DNA of 64,000 bases from an uncultured Acidimicrobiales bacterium. GTDB lineage: Bacteria; Actinomycetota; Acidimicrobiia; Acidimicrobiales; UBA10347. Positions 43,331-52,298 of the stretch are shown one piece after another. The stretch spans positions 62,001-126,000 of the forward strand of contig CALSSD010000013.1 in assembly GCA_943788915.1 (NCBI GenBank), read 5' to 3'. Under the pieces are notes generated by a model. The model did no database searches, was not told the origin of the DNA, and worked only from the letters and a program-made list of their open reading frames with translations. Each line of letters begins with the position of its first letter. Positions within the stretch are counted from its first letter, which is position 1. Both the position numbers and the translations under genes were made by a program.

Positions 43331-43382
43331 CGTGTGGGCAAAGGTCATTAGTTTCCTTTGGCTCAAATCGCCGTGACGGGCA

Positions 43383-44077
43383 CTACCGCCGGTTATGAAG
43401 TGGACTCCGCTGTTGACCGTCGGCATCGAAATTGCTGGGGTCGAGCCAACGCTCGAATTCGGCTCGCACCTGGTGCCAGTCCTGATCGGTCATACCAAAC
43501 CACAGCGGTGTCGCGATTGCGGCCTTTGTAGTGAGTTGCCTGCCGGAATGTGCCCTCGTACGAGAACCCTAATCGTAGTGCTGCGGCGCGGGACGGAACG
43601 TTCAAGTCATCACATTTCCATTCGTATCTGCGATACCCAGCAGCGAAGATGTTCACCATCATGAGGAACATCGCTTCGGTGGTGGCGGGTGTGCCCTGGA
43701 TGTCTCGTGAGAAATGAATATGGCCGACCTCGACGGACGCCGCGTACCGGTCTATACGGAGGTAGCTGGCAAGGCCAGCGCAGGTGTCGTCTCGGTTATC
43801 GACGACGGTGAAGAACATCGGATCGGTTTGGCCTTCGACGTGGAAGAGCCAGCTCATGAAGTCATCGACCGACTCGAACGGGCCATACGGCAGATACGTC
43901 CAGTCGGCGTCGTCGGCCGCGCCGGAAAACGCTGCAAACAGTTGCTCGCCATGGGCGGCCGCATCGAGCAGCACCAGCGTGGCATACGTGCCGACCAACG
44001 GCACAGCAGGAGGCGGTTCAGGTGCGGTTACCTCGACCGAGGCACCAACGGGTTGCCCATGCCTCCTTGATGACCAC
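43383..44077 (-). CDS. RimJ/RimL-type GNAT acetyltransferase (frameshifts near both ends)
   Basis: GQPVG, WTYLPYGPF, EVGHI, GYRRYEWKCD.LN..S..AA.RLGF.YEG.FRQ. Confidence 0.85.
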
Positions 44078-46624
44078 TTCAGCCGATTCCCTAGCTGTAG
44101 CTGCACGGGTTCGTCGGCACGCTCCGCTGGGTGGCCTTCGCCATCGAGTGGATCCAGCGTGACGGCCTCGCCAGCAGCCCGTTCCTGCCACGCCTTCATC
44201 ACGTGCGTCGGTGTCTTCTTCGACTATGTCGGCGTCGGCGAGAGATGTGCGGATATCGACATCTGCTTTGGGTGTCACATCTGGACAGAACTCCAAGCTC
44301 GCCGTTTCGAGGCTCTCGCGGACCTCGTTCACTACCCGGGCCGCATCGGCGCGATCACATTCAATGACTACCGAATCGTGCACGGTTTGTACCGGCCACG
44401 CGCTGGGGATAGCTGCCAGCCGGCGGTGAAGCTCCGCATAGGCTGCGAGCATGATGTCGGCGACGCCACCCTGGATTGGCGCATTTCGCCATGCATTCAC
44501 CATGGACGAGACCCGCTCCTTTGCCGCCCGAGTCAGGTACGCATGGGCGACATCCTCGCCGCAGGTGTCCGTAACCGCCTCGAGATATTTTCGACGCAAC
44601 GCTCGTTCCTCGAATTGCCTGGCCAACTCGCTTTCGGTCAGTGGTTCGCCCCGTCGGTGTAACACCAGATGGTGTTCTTCGGCGAACTGAGTGCGCAGCG
44701 CAATGAGTGGCTGCGAGGACCCGCCGACGGCATCGATTACCGCATGAAGAAACAGCCGATCTACATGCAAGTTGAACTGCTGACGGCGACCAGCGACCGT
44801 GAAACTAGAAAACGTGAACGGTTCGCCGTTGGGTCGAAGGGCAACCGTGGCTGAATACCCGAGCACCCACTGCACCATCGCGACCTGGTCCTCGGTGGGC
44901 CCGCCCCCAGGACCATGGAGGATGTCCGCGATTTCTTCTGCCGCTGGCCAACGGTTCCGGGTCTTGCGGAACTCTCGGCGCACTCTGTTGACGTCGCCAA
45001 AATTGTTGGCCAGCCGCAATGTCGACGGCCAGTCGATCGCTCCTGGCACCGTGTTCCGGACGTGTTCAATCTCGGCAATGCGTTCTTCGGCCCATGCCGC
45101 TGTTCCTGGATAGGCCTGGCGATACTTGTCGAGAAGGTCATGCCCTTGGTCAAGGGTCGTCGGCGTGCCGTTGCCGGTCAGCGAGCGAGCTAAAGCGGCA
45201 GCGCCCGTGCCATAGGCAATGCCAAAGTTCAGCGCCTTGGCGATCTGGCGCAGTTCTTTAAACCGGGCGGGGTCCTGGACTTGGAGCTCGGTTGCGTCGA
45301 AACGGAACATCGACGCTGCGGTACTGACGTGAACGTCTTCGCCACGTGCGAATGCGGCACGAAGCGGCCCGTCGTTGCTGACCTGGGCAAGGAACCGGAG
45401 TTCAGCCTGGCTGAGATCGGCATGCACAAACACCCGGTCATCGGTTTTCGGCCGGAAATACGGCTTCATTCGTGGCGAGAAGTTCTGTGCGTTCGGGTTC
45501 CGACTTGCTAGCCGTCCGGTGTTGGTCCCAACCACCTGCAGATATTGCGGCCGCATGCGTCCGTCGTCGTCGATGTGATCATGGATCGACTCGCCGTACG
45601 TGGTAAGGATCTTGGCGCAGTTGCGAAAGTCCAGCAGTGTGTCGCACAATTCGCCGCCAATCTCACGTAACACGCCCGCGTTGACTGAGTCGCCTTCGAC
45701 GAGTAACCGAGCACGCCCATGCCGGTTCTTGGTCCATGCGCGTACTTGGGGTTCGGCCCAGTCGTTGAGTGCTCGCCGGACCTGAACGTCGGAAGCTGGG
45801 TTCCAAGTGGGTTCGACGACGTCGTCGAAGAGCGTGCCTTGCCCCCCGCCCGTCAAGTCTGCAAGCTGAGTGAGTGCGCTGCGGTGTTGATGTTCGATTT
45901 GCTCGAGTTCGGCCCGCCAACCAGGCCAGTCGAAGGGAAGTCCGGTGCGCTCCATTTGATCGAGAAATGGGCGGGCACGGTTTTCGACATCGCAGATACG
46001 TTCGAGACCGGCCTTGGCGATCTGCACACGAATCGCATCACCTACCCACAACGTCTCGACAGCGTCGGCGGCAGCGTAGGCCACCTGTTCATGTGTGAGA
46101 TCGTCGGTGGCGGTGTAGGAAAGTTGAACGGTTCCCTTGCCGTCGGCCTTGATGCCCAGGTAATGCTCGGTGGCCCACGCGAGGCCGTGATACCAACTGA
46201 AACCGCTGCGGCCTTGGAAGAGAAGCGCGTCGGCGAGTTGCGCGTCCCACCACGTCAGGTCGTGGGTCGTATCGGTGGACTCCCAGACTGCACGATCCAT
46301 GACCCGAGCGTCGAAGTTCGCATTCCACGCATCTGCGGTGACCCCAACCAGCAACGGAGCCATACGTGTGGGGTCGACGTCTCGTGCATCGACCACGAAA
46401 GCAAGCTCAACACCATCGGCATCCCGTGTTGCGATAGACGCGACACGGAGCCGTTGGGCCATTGGGCCGTCGATCGGGGTTTCCGTGTCGATAGCGACCC
46501 GCACAGCGGATCGAAGCGCCTGATCGAGCAAGGGCAGATCGGCCGCATCACTAATGAACGTGCATGGCACTTCGGAAGGATCGCGAATCTTCATCGGCGC
46601 ACGAGTGTCAGCCAGCGTCTCCAT
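44018..46624 (-). CDS. Family-A DNA polymerase with 3'-5' exonuclease, no 5' nuclease (3' end uncertain)
   Basis: Exo I DTET, Exo II NANFD, Exo III YAAAD; TGRLAS..PN.QN; motif A DLSQAELR; motif B RQIAKALNFGIAYG; motif C VHDS. Confidence 0.9.
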   Translation of the reverse strand: METLADTRAPMKIRDPSEVPCTFISDAADLPLLDQALRSAVRVAIDTETPIDGPMAQRLRVASIATRDADGVELAFVVDARDVDPTRMAPLLVGVTADAWNANFDARVMDRAVWESTDTTHDLTWWDAQLADALLFQGRSGFSWYHGLAWATEHYLGIKADGKGTVQLSYTATDDLTHEQVAYAAADAVETLWVGDAIRVQIAKAGLERICDVENRARPFLDQMERTGLPFDWPGWRAELEQIEHQHRSALTQLADLTGGGQGTLFDDVVEPTWNPASDVQVRRALNDWAEPQVRAWTKNRHGRARLLVEGDSVNAGVLREIGGELCDTLLDFRNCAKILTTYGESIHDHIDDDGRMRPQYLQVVGTNTGRLASRNPNAQNFSPRMKPYFRPKTDDRVFVHADLSQAELRFLAQVSNDGPLRAAFARGEDVHVSTAASMFRFDATELQVQDPARFKELRQIAKALNFGIAYGTGAAALARSLTGNGTPTTLDQGHDLLDKYRQAYPGTAAWAEERIAEIEHVRNTVPGAIDWPSTLRLANNFGDVNRVRREFRKTRNRWPAAEEIADILHGPGGGPTEDQVAMVQWVLGYSATVALRPNGEPFTFSSFTVAGRRQQFNLHVDRLFLHAVIDAVGGSSQPLIALRTQFAEEHHLVLHRRGEPLTESELARQFEERALRRKYLEAVTDTCGEDVAHAYLTRAAKERVSSMVNAWRNAPIQGGVADIMLAAYAELHRRLAAIPSAWPVQTVHDSVVIECDRADAARVVNEVRESLETASLEFCPDVTPKADVDIRTSLADADIVEEDTDARDEGVAGTGCWRGRHAGSTRWRRPPSGACRRTRAATARESAEVVIKEAWATRWCLGRGNRT

Positions 46625-46633
46625 CCCGAAACG

Positions 46634-46656
46634 ACCCTAACGGATGGGTACGACAA
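46634..46656 (-). promoter_or_regulatory. PafBC-type (RecA-independent) DNA-damage promoter
   Basis: Minus strand TTGTCG-TACCCATCCGT-TAGGGT, 9 nt before ATG. Confidence 0.55.
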
Positions 46657-46662
46657 GAGACG

Positions 46663-47427
46663 TCAGTGGTGTTGCCCAACGAACTCGGCGATGATGGCAA
46701 CGACCCGGTCGGCATCGTCGTGGTGCATGATGTGACCTACCTCGGGCACGATCATCGACTGCGCGTTCGCTCCAATGGCTGCCGCGGTGAGGTGGGCCTG
46801 ATCGTCGCTCGCATACGGATCATCTGCTCCCTGGGCGATCAACGCCGGCACGGTGATGCCGCTCAGTACCGGCCGAATGTCCCACCACCGGAAGTCGTCA
46901 GATACCCACACGCCGCTCCATGCCTCGAAGAGTTCGTCGGGGTGGCCTTGATGTTTTGCAAGGCCTGCCACAATCGGCTCTCGGTTTTTGCGCATTTCCA
47001 CGATCGAGTCGAAACAGATCTGTTCCACCCAGCTGTGGGGTGCTAGTGCGAGGACAGCCCGTTGTGAGTCTGGGTTCTGTACTGAATGGATCAGCGCCGT
47101 GCTCCCACCGTCGGAGTGACCAACGAGTGCGGGTGCGTCAGCATGGACAGCTTGAAGTAGCTGATGCAGCAGCGCTGCCTGTTGCTCGAGCCAATCGGTA
47201 GGCCACGGTCCGACTGGCGTCGGCAACGACTGGCCGTGACCAGGACGCTCATAGGCCATAACCGTCAACCCGGTCCGAACAGCGACGTCGCCTGGAACCG
47301 ATCGCCATTGTGTGATGGAGCCGAGCCCGTCGTGGAGCATGACTATGTCGGGCGGGCCCGCCCCCCATGTGGCCGTTCGGAGGCGGGCGTCGCCGATCTC
47401 AATGGTTTCTATAACGGGATCGGGCAC
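46663..47427 (-). CDS. Alpha/beta hydrolase
   Basis: LHDGLGS..QWR, GHSDGGS, QG.DD.Y, GH..HH. Confidence 0.85.
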   Translation of the reverse strand: MPDPVIETIEIGDARLRTATWGAGPPDIVMLHDGLGSITQWRSVPGDVAVRTGLTVMAYERPGHGQSLPTPVGPWPTDWLEQQAALLHQLLQAVHADAPALVGHSDGGSTALIHSVQNPDSQRAVLALAPHSWVEQICFDSIVEMRKNREPIVAGLAKHQGHPDELFEAWSGVWVSDDFRWWDIRPVLSGITVPALIAQGADDPYASDDQAHLTAAAIGANAQSMIVPEVGHIMHHDDADRVVAIIAEFVGQHH

Positions 47428-47499
47428 CCGACTAGTCAACACGATCCGACCTGCCACGTAAAAGGCAACTATTCTCCGGGCGCTGACAAGGGGGACTTG

Positions 47500-49029
47500 A
47501 TGCACGATGAGTTCAATGCGGGGACATGGCTGCTCGACCGTCATTGCGACGAGGGCCGGGAGCATCAGCCAGCGCTCCGCTGTCAGGGCGTATCGACGAC
47601 GTACGGTGAACTGCTGGCGCTGACTAAACGCGTGAGCACCGGTTTGCGAGCTTATGGCGTGGCGCCCGAAGACCGGGTCGCCATGGTCATGCTCGACACG
47701 CCGGAGTTCGTCGCAACGTTTCTTGGGGCCATGCGCATCGGTGCGGTGCCTGTGCTGACCAATCCGTTGCTTCCGGGCCGGGATGTGGGCCGAATCGTTG
47801 CCGATTCGCGAGCGCGTGTCATCGTCGTGTCACACGAACGGTCGGCGTCGGTTGCCGACATTCTCAAGGGCGCCCCCGAAGTCGAGCACGTCATCAGCAC
47901 CTCCCCTGAAGCCAACGGCCCGGCCTCCGCCACCGTGAGTTCATGGAACGATCTGTGTGCCTCCGGTGACGACGCCGCGCCGTATACGACGTGGCGTGAC
48001 TCTCCCGGGTTCTGGCTCTGCACCTCGGGGACAACCGGCATGCCGAAGCTGGCGATGCACACCCACGGCGACATCCCTGACACCGTCGACGCCTACGCCA
48101 AGGGCGTACTCAACATCACTGCCGACGATCGGTTCTTCTCGGTCGGCCCCATGTTCCATGCCTATGGACTCGGCAACTCACTCACCTTCCCATTAGCTGT
48201 AGGCGCGGTCAGCATTCTCGAGCCCACTCGGCCGCCCACACCAGCCCTCGTGGCCGACATTGTCGCCGCCGAGCAGCCCACCTTGTTCTTCTGCATACCT
48301 ACGTTCTACGCGGCGTTGACCAATTCGGAGCTACCCGCCCACGCCTTCGCATCGGTGCGCTTGGGGGCTTCGGCCGCAGAGTCACTTCCGGCCGAGACGT
48401 TCACCCGGTTCAAGGAACGTTTCGGCGTCACGATCCTCGACGGCATCGGTTCTACCGAGATGCTGCACATCTTCTTGTCCAACACCGCCGAGCGCTACAT
48501 GCCTGGCACGAGCGGCATTGCCATTCCCGGTTATGAACTTCGGATCGTCGATGACCAGGGCCGGGATCTCGGCGACGACGAACCGGGAACGCTCCTGGTC
48601 AAAGGAGCGTCCGCAGCTACCGGTTACTGGTGTCGCAGCGATATGACCCGGGCCACGTTCCAAGGCGATTGGACGGTCACCGGCGACTTGTATGTGCGTT
48701 CCTCCGATGGCTTCTATACCTATCTAGGCCGGGCCGACGACATGCTGCGGGTCGGTGGCGAGTGGGTCTCACCAGCCGAAGTCGAGAGTGTGTTGATTGA
48801 ACATACGACCGTGCTCGAAGCTGCCGTCGTCGGCGAGAAGGACGCCGACGGCATCACTCGCCCCATCGCCTTTGTAATTGCGGCACCTGGACAGACAACC
48901 GATCCGGCGACACTCACCAACTGGTGTCGAGATCGCTTGGCCGGATACAAGCGACCAAAGCAGTACGAGATCGTGACCGAACTTCCCAAGACGGCCACCG
49001 GCAAGATACAGCGGTACAAACTGCGCTGA
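47500..49029 (+). CDS. Benzoate-CoA ligase family protein
   Basis: TSGTTG.PK, FHAYGLGN, DGIGSTE.LHIF.SN, LPKTATGKIQR. Confidence 0.9.
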   Translation: MHDEFNAGTWLLDRHCDEGREHQPALRCQGVSTTYGELLALTKRVSTGLRAYGVAPEDRVAMVMLDTPEFVATFLGAMRIGAVPVLTNPLLPGRDVGRIVADSRARVIVVSHERSASVADILKGAPEVEHVISTSPEANGPASATVSSWNDLCASGDDAAPYTTWRDSPGFWLCTSGTTGMPKLAMHTHGDIPDTVDAYAKGVLNITADDRFFSVGPMFHAYGLGNSLTFPLAVGAVSILEPTRPPTPALVADIVAAEQPTLFFCIPTFYAALTNSELPAHAFASVRLGASAAESLPAETFTRFKERFGVTILDGIGSTEMLHIFLSNTAERYMPGTSGIAIPGYELRIVDDQGRDLGDDEPGTLLVKGASAATGYWCRSDMTRATFQGDWTVTGDLYVRSSDGFYTYLGRADDMLRVGGEWVSPAEVESVLIEHTTVLEAAVVGEKDADGITRPIAFVIAAPGQTTDPATLTNWCRDRLAGYKRPKQYEIVTELPKTATGKIQRYKLR

Positions 49030-49089
49030 ACACGCCGCTACCCATTCTCGGCTTTCACTTGGGGCGTTTCGTTGTTGCATGATTACGGC

Positions 49090-50136
49090 ATGCGAATTTC
49101 GGTATCCATCGGCAGCGCCTACTACGACGGTTCCAATTGGGCCGACGTTGTTGACTATGTAAAGGCCGCTGATCGCCTGGGCGTCGATGCCGCATGGTCA
49201 GCCGAAGCCTGGGGCATGGAAGCGGTGTCATCGCTTGGTTACCTGGCGGCGGTCACTGAGAACATCCGGCTGGGCTCCGGCATCATGCAGATCTCGGCAC
49301 GAACGCCTGCCATGACGGCTATGACCGCGCTGTCGCTGGGACAGATCAGCGGTGACCGTTTCAATCTTGGACTCGGTGTTAGCGGACCACAGGTGGTCGA
49401 AGGCCTGCACGGCGAAGCCTTCGCCCATCCGCTTGGCCGGCTGCGCGAGTACATCGACATTGTCCGTTTGGGCATTACTGGCGAACGGATGGTCTATGAC
49501 GGGAAACACTACGTACTCCCCCGCCCCGGCGGCGAAGGCAAGGCACTCAAGTCGTCGATTCCGCCGAAACCTGACATGCCCATCTATCTGGCGACACTTG
49601 GCCCCAAGTCACTGGAGTTGACCGGTGAACTGGCCGACGGCTGGCTCGGCACCTCGTTCATTCCCGAACACGGAGACGTGCTGCTCGATCCCATCCGGGC
49701 CGGCGCTGCCAAGGCCGGACGAACGATTGCCGACATCGACATCCAGACCAATGCTCAGATAGCGGTCTCCGAGGATGTCGACGGCTTGATCGCTACGTAT
49801 CGACCAGGTATGGCGTTCACCTTGGGTGGCATGGGTTCCGCTACAACCAACTTCTACAACTCGGCCTACTCACGAGCGGGGTACGCCGACGTGTGTGCAG
49901 AGGTCCAACGTCTGTGGGTAGACGGTGACAAAGCCGGTGCTGCTGCCGCTGTCCCCGAGGAACTCGTGCTGGCGGCATACATGATCGGCACCGAAGACAT
50001 GGTCAGAGATCGGGTCCGTGCAGCCGAAACAGCTGGCATCAATTGTCTGCGACTAGGCCCCCAAGGCAAGACCGCAGCCGAACAGATCGCCAACCTCGAA
50101 ATGGCGGTTGACCTGATCAGGTCAGCCTCGCACTAG
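49090..50136 (+). CDS. LLM-class F420-dependent oxidoreductase
   Basis: AEAWG, LGLG.SGPQVVEGLHG, GGMGS. Confidence 0.88.
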   Translation: MRISVSIGSAYYDGSNWADVVDYVKAADRLGVDAAWSAEAWGMEAVSSLGYLAAVTENIRLGSGIMQISARTPAMTAMTALSLGQISGDRFNLGLGVSGPQVVEGLHGEAFAHPLGRLREYIDIVRLGITGERMVYDGKHYVLPRPGGEGKALKSSIPPKPDMPIYLATLGPKSLELTGELADGWLGTSFIPEHGDVLLDPIRAGAAKAGRTIADIDIQTNAQIAVSEDVDGLIATYRPGMAFTLGGMGSATTNFYNSAYSRAGYADVCAEVQRLWVDGDKAGAAAAVPEELVLAAYMIGTEDMVRDRVRAAETAGINCLRLGPQGKTAAEQIANLEMAVDLIRSASH

Positions 50137-50179
50137 ATCGCGGAACGGGCACCGGAGTTAGGCGGCGAGGTTAACTCGT

Positions 50180-51637
50180 CTATCCCTGCTCGGCAGCGGC
50201 GGCCAAACGTTCGGCAAGTTGTTTCCAAATCACCTTGTGGATGGGTAGGAGAACCCACCAGTACGCCCGACCAGCAACCCCACGCGGGTGGAAGCGGGCC
50301 AGCTGACGCAGGTGAGTTACGCCTGTCTCATCAGTGGTGATTCGCCATTCGAGCCAGGCCCCGCCCGGAACCTTCATCTCAGCCCGGAGCCGAAGTAGCT
50401 TCGGTCGTTCGTGCGCTTCAACGCGAAAGAAGTCGAGGGCATCACCGACCCGTAACTCGTCTGCGTCGCGTCGACCTCGGCGCATCCCAACGCCGCCAAT
50501 AAGTTTGTCGAGGGCCCCTCGAATGGTCCACAAGACATTGGCCGCATACCAGCCGCGCTCCCCGCCGATACCCACGACGGTGGCGAACAGCGCACTCGGA
50601 CTGGCCGTAGTGGTGACCTCTTGCGTGTTTTCATAGATGGTTCCGCCCGACCAGTCTGGGTCCTGTGCGAGCGGGAGGGCTGCGGTGTTGCTGCGAGCGC
50701 TGTCCATCCAGCTGGTGGTGAGGCGCAAATCGCCCACGACAGCGAGCGCCCGTTCGATGGCCCGATCGAGGGTCAACGGAGTGTGGTCGATCAGCCGGTT
50801 GATATCTCTATCGGGGTGGACGACGACATCATTGATCAGGCTGTCGACAAGAGGTCGAGCGAGCACATACGGAAGAGGCGTCACGAGGTTGACCCAGTGC
50901 GAAGAGAGTCGCGGCGTCAGAATGGGAACCGGGATGATAAGTCGACGTCGCAATCCCGCTGCGCTGGCATAACGGTCCATCATGTCGCGGTAACTCAGAA
51001 CATCGGGGCCCCCGATCTCAAGGATCTGGTCCGCGGCCTCTGGACTACCAATGACCGCAACAAGATAATGCAGCACATCAGCGATCGCGATTGGCTGGCA
51101 CTTCGTTTTGGTGACCCAACGGGGGCAGATCATTGCGGGAAGAACTTCGGCCAAGTGGCGAAGCATCTCGAACGACGCACTACCTGAGCCAATGATTACC
51201 GCTGCGCGAAGCTCGGTGACAGAGACACCGCCACTGGCTAAAACCTTGCCGACTTCGTGTCGGCTCGCAAGATGACTGGACAGCTTGTCAGGATCGTCTT
51301 CTCCGAGACCCCCGAGATACACAATTCTTGATACGCCCGCGCTTTCGGCCGCCATCCGGGTGTTCTCGGCCCCGATGCGGTCAGATTCGGCAAAGTCTCC
51401 GGTCTGCCCCATGGCGTGAACGAGGTAGTAGACAGCCTCGATCCCTTCAAAGGCAGCATCTAATGACCCTCGGTCGAGAACATCGGCTGCGGTGACCTCG
51501 ATATCGGGGCGCCATTCGACCTCGTCGAGTCTGGCGGGGGTTCGTGCCAAGCAACGGACGTTGTGGCCAGCCGCCAGCAATTCGGGAACTAGTCGACCGC
51601 CTACATAACCAGTTGCACCGATGACAGCGACCCTCAT
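50180..51637 (-). CDS. NAD(P)-binding SDR-like oxidoreductase with DUF2867 domain
   Basis: GATGYVG, HL.SR.EV, IIGSGSASFE, RLRAEMKVPG.AWL, G.AG..YW. Confidence 0.88.
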   Translation of the reverse strand: MRVAVIGATGYVGGRLVPELLAAGHNVRCLARTPARLDEVEWRPDIEVTAADVLDRGSLDAAFEGIEAVYYLVHAMGQTGDFAESDRIGAENTRMAAESAGVSRIVYLGGLGEDDPDKLSSHLASRHEVGKVLASGGVSVTELRAAVIIGSGSASFEMLRHLAEVLPAMICPRWVTKTKCQPIAIADVLHYLVAVIGSPEAADQILEIGGPDVLSYRDMMDRYASAAGLRRRLIIPVPILTPRLSSHWVNLVTPLPYVLARPLVDSLINDVVVHPDRDINRLIDHTPLTLDRAIERALAVVGDLRLTTSWMDSARSNTAALPLAQDPDWSGGTIYENTQEVTTTASPSALFATVVGIGGERGWYAANVLWTIRGALDKLIGGVGMRRGRRDADELRVGDALDFFRVEAHERPKLLRLRAEMKVPGGAWLEWRITTDETGVTHLRQLARFHPRGVAGRAYWWVLLPIHKVIWKQLAERLAAAAEQG

Positions 51638-51684
51638 GGTGCCGCCGTAAAGCCGATGGCGATGATGACCAGAAGTTTCTTCAC
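51634..51684 (-). CDS. Putative leaderless small ORF MKKLLVIIAIGFTAAP
   Basis: TAGTGT-N6-GTG; stop overlaps downstream ATG (ATGA). Confidence 0.4.
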   Translation of the reverse strand: MKKLLVIIAIGFTAAP

Positions 51685-51747
51685 CACTCGACACTAACGG
51701 CATCGCCCGTGGTCACGTTGGCTCAACGGCTTTCGTTTCGGTGGGCC

Positions 51748-52266
51748 TCAGCGCTTGGGCACCGGAAGTTCGGCGATATCGACATCATCGGGATCTAGAC
51801 CGAGTTGTGTGTAAAGATTCGAGGCAAAACGCTGGCCCGTTAGCCGCATCGATGTATGCATAATCGACTCAACCGCTGGTCGCGAGAGTCGCGGCAATGG
51901 AAGATTCACGGCGAGGGTCAGATCAACTTTCAACTCGGTCGAGTCGGTGCCGACGGGTACTAAGTCGTACACGCCCTCCACCGAGGCACGTTCATTCGCT
52001 CCTTCTCGAGGATCATGGGCGAAGACGATCTGCTCCTGATGCGTGAACTCCATCCGCTCAGTGAACTCAGGTTCGACCTTCAGACCTAGCCCTTCGATAC
52101 CGTTCAAGGTCCACCGCCAGTGGGAGCCAGACGCCTCGATCGACCGAACCAGTGGAGTCAAGGACGCGAGAGTGCTGGGATCGGTTATCAGCGTCCAAAT
52201 TTCCTCAAGTGGAACAGGAACGGTGGAGAGTGAGATGTTACGAGCCGAGAACCAAGTCACCTTCAC
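51748..52266 (-). CDS. SRPBCC/CoxG-like protein
   Basis: VP..EIW..ITDP..LA.LTP pattern; C-terminal helix. Confidence 0.7.
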   Translation of the reverse strand: MKVTWFSARNISLSTVPVPLEEIWTLITDPSTLASLTPLVRSIEASGSHWRWTLNGIEGLGLKVEPEFTERMEFTHQEQIVFAHDPREGANERASVEGVYDLVPVGTDSTELKVDLTLAVNLPLPRLSRPAVESIMHTSMRLTGQRFASNLYTQLGLDPDDVDIAELPVPKR

Positions 52267-52298
52267 GTTCTATCTTCGACCATGATGTGATCACGAGT

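Noticed and set aside
44018..46624. Polymerase as prophage gene or intein-containing protein
   Set aside because: No phage genes nearby; inserts lack intein terminal residues and endonuclease motifs
36653..47500. Long antisense ORFs (e.g. 36653..37696+, 43784..44662+, 45719..46735+)
   Set aside because: Shadow frames of real high-GC genes with no protein motifs
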